Shown piece after piece: positions 37,201 through 50,429 of a DNA stretch of 64,000 nt (within the stretch, counting starts at the first letter, position 1; each line of letters starts with the position of its first letter). The DNA comes from Eledone cirrhosa (lineage: Eukaryota). The notes beneath the pieces are model-generated. The model ran no database searches. It was not told the origin of the DNA and saw only the letters and a list, made by a program, of their open reading frames with translations. The stretch covers positions 184,512,001 through 184,576,000 of the forward strand of contig OZ024740.1 of assembly GCA_964016885.1 (NCBI GenBank), read 5' to 3'. The translations under genes and the position numbers were made by a program.

Positions 37201-38235
37201 TTGTCGGTAACGACAAGTTCAGCTTCCAGTAGCCGGGTCCTTGTCTATGGGTTCTATCAAGGTTGGCCATGCAGGTCACTAGTTTGTGATCTGAATAGGC
37301 AACCATGAACATTTGTGGACAGCTTAACATGTCCCTATCCTTATTTCTAACTAGAACCCTATCTAGGTACGATCTAGATGTTCCGCTACGATTACTCCAC
37401 GTCCACATTGGCGCAGTCGGAAAATCTAGTCGATATCTATCGGCCAGGTCAAATCGGTCGATTAACTGTTTGAGGCTGTTACACCCCCCCCTTTATCGGG
37501 ACATGCTCCCACATAGTCCCAACGTGCATCTAGGATTCCATTCCAGTCCCCCACTAAAAGTAAGGAGCGGGACGTTCCCAGAAAAGTCTCTAGACGTTTG
37601 AAGAAGTCTGGCCGCGGTGTCCCGGATGGGGCATATGCGGCCACCAGCCTGAAGGCTCCACCTTTACTACCGTCAACGTCTAGGACCACCAGTCGACCCT
37701 CCGGGTCCAGATGTACTGTCTGTGTTACGAGGCCCAGGTGTTTCCGCAGCAAAACGGAAACTCCGCCCCCTCCCCTCGGTTGACAGAGAGATGCGTAGAT
37801 CTCAAAGTCATCGAAGATGGGGGCCAGCTGTCGCTCGCCGTGGATCCTGGACTCGCAAATGGCTACCACATCCATACTGTGCGACCTGAGGTCGTTTAAG
37901 AGTTTGCCCTGTTTCCAGGGCATCCCCAGGCCGCGTACGTTCACACATCCAACTCTTATATTGGCCATGTTGGTGCTGGAAAGTTAAAAGAGGAAAAGAG
38001 ATCACTCACCCTTCGCCTCCTGGGGACCAGGCCGCACGATTTCCATGGGGGTGTTGGAGGGGTTGTCTGTATGGGTGGTGGTTTCCGGCGGGGTGGGGAT
38101 GCAGATGTTTGGTGGCGTGGGGTCTGGTGGGAAGGGGGTGTCTGGGGTGGGGAGGCATTTGAGAAGGACGCGGTTGAGTGGTTTCACGCAGGAATTCCCC
38201 ACATCCTTCTCAAATGTTTCTTTTAGGGACCTATA
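34286..38235 (-). mobile_element. Tx1-like (L1 group) LINE, 5'-truncated within ORF1, ORF2 split by two frameshifts
   Basis: GC-rich block. APE: CVNVRGL, VGDWNG, SYLDR, SDHK. RT: KSPGLDGLPYEFY, NFRPITLLN, LDQSKAFDRV, RQGCPLS, AYADD. Zinc knuckle CPRC..ETVAHAFIHC. Pro-rich ORF1 end at 38002-38235; 3' end AATAAAGAAATC. Confidence 0.93.
34527..37968 (-). pseudogene. Tx1-like ORF2 (APE-RT-CCHC) in three frames: 37462-37968, 36215-37408, 34527-36311
   Basis: Collinear domains; frameshifts near 37490 (homopolymer run) and ~36235. Confidence 0.88.
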
Positions 38236-38240
38236 AGTTT

Positions 38241-38305
<65 letters not shown>

Positions 38306-38313
38306 ATAGATAT

Positions 38314-38442
38314 ATTTCTTTATTAGCCACAGGGGCACAAAAGAAGGGGACAAATACAAAGGGGGAAGTTTACATACAATAAAAACGTGTAAAATGTTAT
38401 CACAGATGGAATTTAAAAGTTAGTCGATTTTCCCCAATAGAG
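38314..38442 (-). mobile_element. Tx1-like 3' UTR fragment within (GATA)n
   Basis: Nearly identical to 34287-34415. Confidence 0.92.
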
Positions 38443-38445
38443 TTT

Positions 38446-38537
<92 letters not shown>

Positions 38538-38566
38538 TAGTAAGAGGCATTATTGGTTGTGTAAAA

Positions 38567-38751
38567 GGGCGGTGGATTGGCAGTATCGGTAGAGGGTCGG
38601 ACGCCATGCTTTCCAGCATAGTTACGTCCCTTTACGATCTGAGTTCAAATCCCGCCGAGGTTGACTTTGCCTTTCATCCTTACGGGGTCGATAAAATAAA
38701 GTACCAGTAATGCACTGGATAATTGCTGGCCTTGTGCCTAAAGTAGAAACA
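38567..38751 (+). mobile_element. tRNA SINE family A, full length with 18-bp TSD
   Basis: TSD ATTATTGGTTGTGTAAAA at 38549-38566 and 38752-38769; A-box and B-box present. Confidence 0.92.
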
Positions 38752-38871
38752 ATTATTGGTTGTGTAAAATGGTGCAATAACTTTATGTTAGCAATATTAA
38801 GTTCACCACGCTTTTGTATATCTCCAATTCCATTCGAGGGAACAGCTAGATAATTTAAAATGGAGTATAAG

Positions 38872-39773
38872 TATCAAAATGAAAATCCGAAGGCAAGGTA
38901 AAATTCCAATCATTTAATCACGACACATGTTTAAATAAGAGATATATCGATTATGAAGCCATGATCGATTATCACTGATCTCATCAGGTGAAAATGAATT
39001 TTCTTCAAATTCTTGATATGAGGAAGAAAAAATAACGATGTTCTCTCACAGAATTCATTCCCTCATATGGAGATACACCAGTCAGTCAGAGACTGCTATT
39101 AGCCTCAGTTGAGGTCATAAAAGTTTTCAGATTTCTATCGCTGCAAAAGACGCTGGACATCAATCAAATCTGTAGGGAAACAGTCAGTCACTTTAGCCAT
39201 AGGGTTCTCTCAATAAACGGACAGTCACACACTTAGATAGTTAGACGGCTAAGATTGATTGTTTTATTATATTTGTTTTTTCTCGGACATCGCTTCGGTG
39301 TGTGTGAAAGTGTGTTTACCCACCCACGCTAATTCTACGGGTTTAATACTGTTTTGATGTGTGTATATATATGTATATATTTTTCTTTGACCTCGAGTCG
39401 ATGTATGTGGGTGTGGAGTGTGTGTGTACCCACTCACTTTTAACTGTGACTGACTGTATCCCACCAGATTTGATTGATGTCCAGCGTCTTTTGCAGCGAT
39501 AGAAATCTGAAAACTGTTATGACCTCAACTGAAGCTAATAGCAGTCGCCATGTCTCTGAGTGACTGGTCTGTCTCCATATGAGGGAATGAATTCTGTGAG
39601 AGAACATCGTTATTTTTTCTCCCTCATATCAAGAATTTGAAGACAATTCATTATCACCTGATGAGATCAGTGATAATCGATCATGGCTTCACAATCGATC
39701 TATCTCTTATTGAAACATGTGTCATGATTAAATGATTGGAATTTTACCTTGCCTTAGGATTATCATTTTGATA
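38872..39773. mobile_element. Foldback/MITE-like element with ~320-bp inverted repeats
   Basis: 38872-39191 is the imperfect reverse complement of 39446-39773, with a ~255-bp non-coding spacer. Termini TATCAAAATG...CATTTTGATA. Confidence 0.85.
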
Positions 39774-40007
39774 AATATATATATACGTTATTCCGGGTTG
39801 AATCGGAGGTAACCACAGTAAGTAAGCTACTCAATACATAGCAGAGTATAAAAGTTTTAATTCCTGATGATTTCTAAAGAATGAAATAGTTCTAGTCCTG
39901 TAGAATCTCATCTGCATTAAAACTATATATATATATACTTATATATGCATATACAAGTATATATATATATATCTATATGCATAAACAAGGATGATGATGT
40001 ACATATA

Positions 40008-40330
40008 TATCATCATCCTTGTTTAAAGTCTATTTTCTATGCTAGCATGGGTTAGACAGGTTCTCCCATTTGAGGCAAGTTGGGTCAGGTGACCGTGTCT
40101 TGCTCATACAGAACTGTTTCTGGCTTAGTTTCGATGGCTGGATACCCTTCCTAATGCCAACCACATTTACAGCTGGGTACTTTTTGTCATGTAAGCTACA
40201 AAACCACTTTACAGTGTGGGCTGGGTGCTTTTTATTGGGACACCGGCTTGACCCCTTTATAATGTGGGCTGGGTGCCTTCTGTTGTGACACCCTCATGAC
40301 CACTTTACAGTGTTGCCTGAATGCTTTTTG
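40008..40330 (-). mobile_element. RTE 3' UTR-derived repeat
   Basis: CATCATC..GCTAGCATGGGTTAGACAGG..GGATACCCTTCCTAATGCCAACC plus ~45-bp internal repeats. Confidence 0.75.
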
Positions 40331-42024
40331 TTGTGATACCAACATTACAACTTGAGAGTGTAATAGTGGTGTGAACAGAAATGGGTAGGTGAATGTTGAG
40401 GCCTTTGAGGTGTATGGAAATGGAGTTGCATATAGTGGCTAAGAGGTGCCTACATCAGTTTATTCTATTGTGTGCATTGATACATTTACTTAAACTGATT
40501 TTTGCTTTCTAGCAAGATTTTAGCCCATTATCAGCTAGATTTTCTATGAATTCTCTTTTGTTTTTTGAAACATAGAGGTATGTGACATTCCCCTTCACTC
40601 TTTCTTCTGTAAAGTTGCTTGTTAAAAGGACAATATCATTTTTGACACAGCTAGTCACCAATTCTTTCTTCTTATGCATCAGCTTATTGAAGTTGAACAG
40701 TAACTTTTAACTCACATTCATAAATAATGGTATATAATTTTTGATGTATTCATTACTGTTTTTTAATTCAAATTAATGGTTTCAGGACTATTAATTTTTG
40801 TATCTTTAAAAGATGAGTTTATCTCTGTATATTTCAACGTTCATTATCTGTTTTTCTTTAGGTTTTTATTTTCTATTTGAAAATAATTTGAAGGCATGTT
40901 TTTATTTTTTGTTTTTGCTTTATTGGTGTTGTTGCTCCTCTCATTCTATTTATCACCTCAGATTATTATTTCTGAATTAATTTTAAACCATGAATAACCA
41001 GAGAAATTGCTATTTACCAAACATATATAAACAATTGAAGTTTCTAACAGTAAACCTTCTCTCTGTCCCTAGTAATAGTGTTGAAAGTTTCAACAATTCA
41101 AAATCTTTCCATTAGTGACACTAGAATTTAAAAAAATGTTTTTCCCATAGGTAATCTGGTTAAAAATTACTTCCTCATGGAGCTTTGACACAGTACTTTC
41201 ATTTTAACATATAACAACAGTATTAATTACAATGGCAATAGTCTTTTTTTTTTTTTACCAGAAATGGGATGGATGGAGGGGGGGGGGGGGGGGGGGGGGG
41301 CAAAAAAAACAAATCAATAGCAAATGTTTGTTTTTTTTACTTTTATTTTTCCAAAAAAGCCTCTGTGTATTTTCACTCACATTTCATAGGGCGACCCTGA
41401 GGCTTTGGATGAAAACATTGCCTAAGGTGTTGCACAGTGGGATCACATTTCTGAACCACATAGCCATGTTTGCACCATGTAGAGAAAAATTAATTAATGT
41501 TCATTCTTCCTTCATTAGCATTTTGATTCATATTTCATTACATGACTCTGGCTCATGTTAATGAAGGAAAAATGGAAAATATTTGCTCATTCTTCTAGCT
41601 ATGTAAGAGAATGGTACACATGTGTTTGCATCTGATATAGCTTTTCTGTTGACATATATATCTGATATTAAAAGGTTATTCATTTTATATCATTTATTTT
41701 GACAAAGTATAATATTTATAAATATTTATCATATATCCTTTTAATATTAACATATTTACTTTGATACTCTAATATTTGAGATATGAGTCAATGCCTATTT
41801 AGGAATAATATCTCAGTGCAGCTTAAAATGAAAGTGGAATGCTTGTTTTCTATACATTTTCTTTCCTTTTTCTATTTTGTTTCATTGTATGATTGGGTGG
41901 ATGTCATTGACCTGTTCTTGCAATATTATACAATGAAGGTAACTAGAACAGAAATAGTTTGCTTTGATTTATATGCCCACATATATATCCATTAATCTGC
42001 CTGTCTCTCTATCTTACTAACAAA

Positions 42025-43010
<986 letters not shown>

Positions 43011-43286
43011 ATGGTGAGGCTTAATATATGAAAGGTATATGTATTAATATGGATATACAGAATAGAAGTCAAGATTTAACAAACTAAACACTAATTGTTT
43101 TTAATGTGTCAGAAACTGGGAGATTTTAGAAAATTGTGATAAGTAAACTGTAAGTAAGGATTTAGGGAAAATACATAATATAAGAATGTTAAATTATACA
43201 ATGGCATATATTCTCGATGTGCCCGGGGAATTAAAAATGTAAAATTTTCTTTAAAATAATTATGTTGTCATAGTATCATGGTATAA

Positions 43287-43636
43287 TCATCATTCATCAT
43301 CATCATTTCATTTTACATCCGCTTTTTCCCTGCTTGCAAGGGTGGGACGGGAATTGATTCTGGCTTGATTTCTACAGCTGGATGCCCTTCCTAACACCAA
43401 CTTCATTTACAGTGAGTGCTGGGTGCTTTTTTTGCCATGGCACCTCCACGACCACTTTGCAGTGGAATGACATGGACCCCTGTCCCTATCATCTCATTTC
43501 TACAGTCGAGTAAACTGGAGCAATGTGAAATTAAGTGTCTTGCTCAAGGAAACATCACATCACCCGGTCTGAGAATTGAACTCAAAACCTTTCCATTGCA
43601 AGGCCAATGCTCTAACCACTAAGCCATGTGCCTCCA
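43287..43636 (-). mobile_element. Full-length CORE-type tRNA SINE (family B)
   Basis: Near-identical to 14472-14806. Confidence 0.9.
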
Positions 43637-44944
43637 ATCTGGATGTAATTTGTTTTCAAATCAAATAATAAACAGTCAGAAACAAATATTAAGTAACGGT
43701 GAAGTCATTTCTACATTTATTTTTGTATATCACTTATGTCTGAATAAGAGGCTCAGCACAGTAATACAGTCCATGACAATAAGGAATATATGCCACATTC
43801 TTAATCAATACTCATGAAGTATGGGGCAGATTGGTGGGGAGAAGGAAATAAATTATTCTTTAACTAGAGACCTGTTTTCAATGCCTGTAACAGCATGAGG
43901 TTTGGTAAAAGCCCAAAATGTCAGAGTTGATGTGTTAAACCAAGTGATAGATTTTATCTAACCCCCACCCCTTGCACTCATACCACAACCAGAAAAAAAT
44001 ACAACAAGCCTTGTCATCCAGCACTGTAACATTTCCTCCAGACCAGCTTCTGGGCTGTATATATTTTACTTTTTCAAGCACAAAAGCATGAAAGGAAAAT
44101 TTTACCTTTGTAGAGTTTGAACTCAAAGTGCAATAAGCTAGAGCAAATTTTCTCATATACTTTTGTGTCTCTACTTATTCATCATCTAAGGAAAGAATAA
44201 CAGCACCATCATCCTCATCGTCATTTAACGTCCATTTTCCACAGTGGCATGGGTTGTACAATGGCTTATGTGTAACACACATCTTTTTAAAATTCAAGAT
44301 TTACACATCTTAATTGATGATATTGAGGTCAACTTTGCATTTCATCCATTCGGGATCAGTAAATAAAATACCAGTCAAGAAACAGAGTCAATTCTTCCTT
44401 CATATCTCTTTCTTACTTCTATTCTCTCACTATCTATCATTCTCAGGAAGAAATCTGCTGTATTAAGACATAGAGTGGGGATGCGATCCTCTAGATTTAA
44501 AAATGTTCTAGAAATGCCGTATATCAATATGGCACCTCTCTGACTCCGCCAGGAGTTGTAGGTCTATACATACAATTGATGATAAAGATTATATTCTATA
44601 AGTTATTTATGACATTTTACATTCTCTTGGACATATTCGCATAGTATATAAATACAAATATAAATGAGATAAGTTAGAAATACATGGATCTGTAAACCTT
44701 TGTATCGGTAGTCAGAATGATCTTCATATCATCCAACATCAAAAGAAAATGATTTATTGTATCATAGAGATTTGAAATTACAATGACAAGAAAGAAAGGC
44801 TTAGTGATTAGTTGTATTCCTAAATACAGGGAACAAAGAATGATAGAAAGACAAATCAAGAAAGCATTCTTTGAAAGGGATTAAACATTAGGTATTTGAC
44901 TTTTACTGTATTATAATGATAATAATAATAATATGATAATAATA

Positions 44945-45455
44945 ACATACAAACCTCTGACAAAGGGTATGAACATCAACCAAAAACAGTCATGAAAAAT
45001 AGCATCATATCCATCATGTGGGATATGCCTGCGATAACTCACCGAGACAGCGCTGCTAACTGACCAGATACCATCATAAAGAATAAAACAGATTGGATAG
45101 GTAGTCTTATATTTATACATCTGTAAAAACAATGGAAAAATTGTCAATTACAAAGTCTTGGAAATAGAGATCAACCGCATGTGGAGGATGACCATAAACA
45201 CTATCCCTGTGGTAATAGGAGCACTAGGATTAATACCCAAATCATCAGACCTGCACCTCAGCGTCCTTCCCTGCAAGATCAGCAAATATGAGCTACAGAA
45301 GATCAGGCTACTACGATCAGCATACATTCTCAGACAAGTTTTCTCTCTATAATGAAAACTTCTATTCCTCTAGGTTAAAGGCTTGAACCCAGCAATAGAG
45401 AAACAGAACAGATCTAAATGAAATAGCATAACAATAATAATAATCATAATAATAA
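44945..45455 (+). mobile_element. Old RLE-type (R4/Dong/NeSL-like) 3' fragment flanked by (AAT)n
   Basis: YEHQPK, MWDM..TE..AN*PD and LEIEINRMW..TIPVVIGALGLIPK..LQKI.LL.SAYILR motifs. A different family from 22181. Confidence 0.75.
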
Positions 45456-45810
45456 TTTCTAGTATAGGCACAAGGCCAGTAATTTGGGGAGAGAGAAGTT
45501 GATTAAATCGACCCCAGTACGTTACTGGTGATTTATTTTATCGATCTCGCAAAGATGAAAGGCAAAGTTAACTTCGACAGGATTTGAACTCAGAACGAAA
45601 AGGGCAATAACTCTATGCTGCAAAGCATGGTGTCTGACACTTAATAATAATTGTTTCTACTTTTGGCACAAGGCCAGCAATTACCCAGTACATTACTGGT
45701 ACTTTATTTTATCGACCCCGTAAGGATGAAAGGCAAAGTTAATCTCAACAGGACTTGAACTCAGACCGTAAAGAGACGTAACTATGATGGAAAGCATGGT
45801 GTCCGACCCT
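45456..45810 (-). mobile_element. Two tandem 5'-truncated copies of SINE family A (45456-45640, 45651-45810)
   Basis: Both carry GGCACAAGGCCAG..GATGAAAGGCAAAGTTAA..TGAACTCAGA; the A-box head is missing. Confidence 0.85.
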
Positions 45811-48009
45811 GGACAATACACAGTGCTTCATACCGAGTTAAGTTTTTTCTCCAATTTTGCATATACACTCTGACTGCAATCATCGAAAAGTAATATCAGT
45901 GGTTGCTGTAATTGATCAGCAAAGCACTATAAAGGTCACATATATTTTCCTGCATGGAACAGACCCTTGTAGGACGTTCTGAAATTTATCTTCTCCTAAA
46001 TTGAAAATGGTTAGTTTAAATTTTGAAGAGAAGGTGAAAGTCAGATATTAACTTAGCTACTGGATTCTATTGGCAATAACAAGGAGCTGAACTTAGCCAT
46101 ATGGCAACAGAATACCAGATACAGCACAAACACAACAACAGCACCCCCGTTATTATAGGTGCAACATTTAGCTATGACAAACAAAAATCATCAGCAACAA
46201 TGGCAACTCCCACGACTCCAACACCATTTTAGCTGCTAGTTCATAACCATCACCAACACTACTCCATTCCTAACACTACCACTACCACTACCACCACCAT
46301 TACTCCATCACCACCAACAGCACCACTACTCCATCACCACCACAACTACAGAAGCATTTGAAAAAGTATCACAACCAGTACTGCCAAAAAACATGTGGAG
46401 AAACTACTTCCTTGACTCATAACCAACTAGGTTTAGAATATATTTGCCAAGTTATTTTCTTAGTAGAAAATAAGAAAATAATAATAAATGAATAAATAAT
46501 CAATTTGGTAAATTTTTTTATCTTCATTATAGTTTTTATATTCTTCATTCTACACTTTATAAATGTTTGTATTAGATTTCCATGTTCATATATTTTTTGA
46601 CATTGTAATTAGCCAGTGTGATTTCAAATTTCAAGAAAGCAACAACATATATTCAGTAATTTCATATGAATGCTTTGTTTAAACTTGGAGCCTGATGCTA
46701 TGAGAATGGTTGGCCAGTTGGTTGTGTAACAGGATCTTAAAAGAAAACACCAAGAAAATGTTTGGATGTCAAGAAACACAAAAAATTAGAAAAAAATGAT
46801 ATAAAGCTATAGTTAGCAAAAGTTTAAAAAATATATATATATAAACAATGAGGGAGGAGCAGTGGAGGTGCAATCTGATTTGGCAACTGTTGAAAATTAC
46901 TTTTGAAATATGAAGATGTTATCATTGGAAAATGACGTATATGTTTAAGCAAAAATAATCATAAACACATTGAAATATGATTAATTTGAGAGATTTGATT
47001 GATTGCCAAAATGGTGTTAGAAAATGCATCCAACATCTATTCATTTGTCATGTACAGAATACAGTGTACTAATTTATTCATGTGAAAAGTGATGTGAAAT
47101 TTTATTATCACCAGTATCATATGTATAAAGCACACAAAACTAAGAAAGATGGTTTTAGTAGTGATAAATAACTGAAATTTGTATTCAATATGTGATTATA
47201 ATTAATTTTATAGCAAATTTTTTGTGTGACAAATGAACTGTTTTAGTTATTTTGAATTTAGGAATTCCTCGATAAATATTGATGGAAGTGTAAATAAGAA
47301 TTCACTAATTCTCATATTTTATTCAAACTTGAGGCAATAATAAAGTATTAGTTTTGAGCAAATTATTATTGTAAACATTAGATAATGGTTGTTATTCCAA
47401 GATAGTGTATCCAGAGTTTAAATCTCATTGTCGCATAAATTGCTAGAAGCAGTAATGAGCTATTATACTCCTTTGAGGAAATTTATGCTGGTGGATTTGT
47501 TTTCTGTAATGGAGAAAGTGGTTTAATAATTGATATTGTCATCTTTTAAACTCCAGATATATTTCAAAAGTGAAATGAGGAGGCATATTTCTCAGAATCT
47601 GAATGTATACATATGTAAATTTATTCACTTTTTTTAAGGGATATTCTGTAGCCCCTTGATTGCCCATTCACCTTTTCCCCACCAGCTTTTAGGGACTTTG
47701 CAGAATTAATAGGCTCTGAGCTTCTTTCTCTGATTAGGTCATTAAAAACAAAATGAAATTATGTTAGTATTGAACCACAGTCTCAGATCTAATCACTTAT
47801 CAAAACATCTGCAACTATTAAAAGAAATAAGCTGAAATAACATAAAGTTAGAAATGTCATTAATTATATATTCTTTATTCTATAAATGAATTTAGTTATT
47901 ACACAGCAAATATGCTGGACTGCCATTTTAAAGGGATTTAGTTGATTATATTAATTCACTAATAAATTTTTTGTGAAGTTGCATAGTTTCAGATTCACAA
48001 AAAGAATCA

Positions 48010-48120
48010 GATTCACAATCGTGAGGGTATGAGTTCAATTCCCTGGTCAAGCAATCGTTATGTCCTTGATCAAGACAGTTTATTTCACATTTATACATCT
48101 ACCAGGAGTTGAAATCAGTA
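48010..48120 (+). mobile_element. Degenerate CORE-SINE head
   Basis: GAGTTCAATTCCCTGG...GTCCTTGATCAAGACAGTTTATTTCACAT. A similar decayed head lies at ~49625-49700. Confidence 0.55.
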
Positions 48121-49336
48121 GATAGTATCAAAAATGGAAAGACTTATGGAAACATTGTTTCCTTCGTCTGATCTGACCAGTTCCACCCCACTTGGTAAAT
48201 GAGTGAGGTCTGGGATTTTATTGTTTCCTGGACAAATTTTATCGATCTCATTTTAATGAATTGCTACATCACTGGACATAAAGAAACAGTAAACTTGAAT
48301 ACATATGCTCACATATACATACTCATATGTACACATGCACACAACACTTGCACACAGTCACACATACATATATACATATACATATATATGATAAAATATG
48401 TAAAACTACAGACAAGTTACCAGTAATTCTTTTTTTATCTCCAAATCATACATTTGTAAAATATAAAGTGAATGAAGATATCTGATTTTCAACCTCTTAT
48501 CTTTACATATTTGTCAATCTTTTACAATTCTATATTTCCCTACTGTTGCAATAAGAAATTACTCAGCTTTGTCCCAATTCACAATTGATTAAACATGTAA
48601 AAAAATAATGGAAAGCAGATTCAATTCTTCAGTTTCAAGCATCTATTTTGCAAACATTGTTTTCTCTTAAAGATACAAGTTCTAAACTTTATTTCCCCCA
48701 TACATTCCACCTCACATACAGATAGCTGTGTATATGTATATGTGTGTGTATTTGTGTATTTAATATATAGTATGACTGAATTGGTTGAGAGGTTTGCTTC
48801 ACAAACATGCATTTCGATTTCACTATACATCACTTCAATTGTTTAACATATCCTCATTTCACCAATCACATATGATTAGTAGACAGATACTGTGCAGAAT
48901 GACATTGTGCTAGCAGCGAAAATGGATGTTAAATTATGATAATGATTATTGTGATATATATATATATAAATTTAACTAGGAAATAAATTTAATTATTTGG
49001 AAGCCTATCAATGTGTGTGATATCATAATTGCCAACACAATAAGAATTATTGAAAATAGGACAAAAGAACTTTTCGGATTTACCATCTATTATCAGGGAG
49101 GGTGAGTGTCAGAAGCAATATGAGAAGAGGTCTTGATGGCTGGTCGATTTGAAGGCTAAAAAGTGAAATCTTGTTACTCTGGAGTTTCACTTGATGATCC
49201 TGTGTCTGTGTGTGCGGGTGTGTGTGTGCAAGTGAAACCCGAGAGTATTAACACTAACTATTTAGCCATGAATATTTAAACTCTACTTTGGTATTGAGCA
49301 CTCTTTCTTCTTGCCTATCAACTACATATATGTATG

Positions 49337-49383
<47 letters not shown>

Positions 49384-50429
49384 TATGTTTGTGTATGTGC
49401 ATGTGTGTGTGTGTGTATGTATTCACTGATGTAATGATACCTGTATATTTGTTATGTAAAAAAAATATGTGGAAATGATGCGATAAAGTCTTTCATGATG
49501 AAAGACCTCATGAAGATGATATAAAACATGTTTTCAATTTTGTATGTCACTAAATGAAAGGTGTGGAAAACATCAGACCTTAATGTTTTTTTCTTCAGTT
49601 ACCATCTTATGTTTAAAGAGTAGATAAAGGCTTGGTGGTTAAAGAATTTGATTTACAATCGTGAGATTGCGAGCTTGTTTCCCTGACCAGGCATTGCTCA
49701 CTCGATAAGCATATGAGGTCAGGGATCTTGTCGATCATTAAAGAAATAAACATATTTTTAACATAATACCTTTAACATCACAAAATAAAAAAAGAAAGCC
49801 ACCTACAGTTGAAGAATATATCATAACAGTTGTAAAAGAAGACTTAGAATCTGTTATGAAATAGTATTATCAACCTATTCTTAAGATTGTTGTGTTAAAA
49901 AGATGATGACTCCAGAACTTTGTTTGCATGAGCTTTCTATTAAGGTGGATGGGTCAACGTTTAATATTTTCGTGTTATGGCATATTTAAATAATGGCAGT
50001 CCCAATAAAACATACACAGCATTGTTGGCAAATTTCTCTTGGCAAAATAGTTTAGATTTGAAACGTATATTTATTTTGGAGAAGTATTTGAGAAAAAATA
50101 AATTTCATGAATCGAAAATAATGTTATCGGTTTTCCCTTTAAAACTTGGGCAAAAGATGGGAAAGAAGAGGATGTATATTCAAAACGAAAGATTTGCATG
50201 GCTATGAAAAGGAAGAACTACAAATTAGTAATGAAGATGTTGATGCTCATATCGACCACCAAAAGGGAAAATTAAAGCTTTTAACAAAAAATATAACTAA
50301 GTTTATCACTGCTATTAAGTTTATCAACTTAATTGCATATGTAACAGATCTAAACGTTAAGAACTTTTTTAAAAGAAATGCTTCAAAGTTATCTTACAAG
50401 GTTTTGCGTGCCTCCCATCACTAATACCA

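Noticed and set aside
39862-39900. Hammerhead (CTGATGA..GAAA..GTC)
   Set aside because: No stem I pairing, and the stem III register is off.
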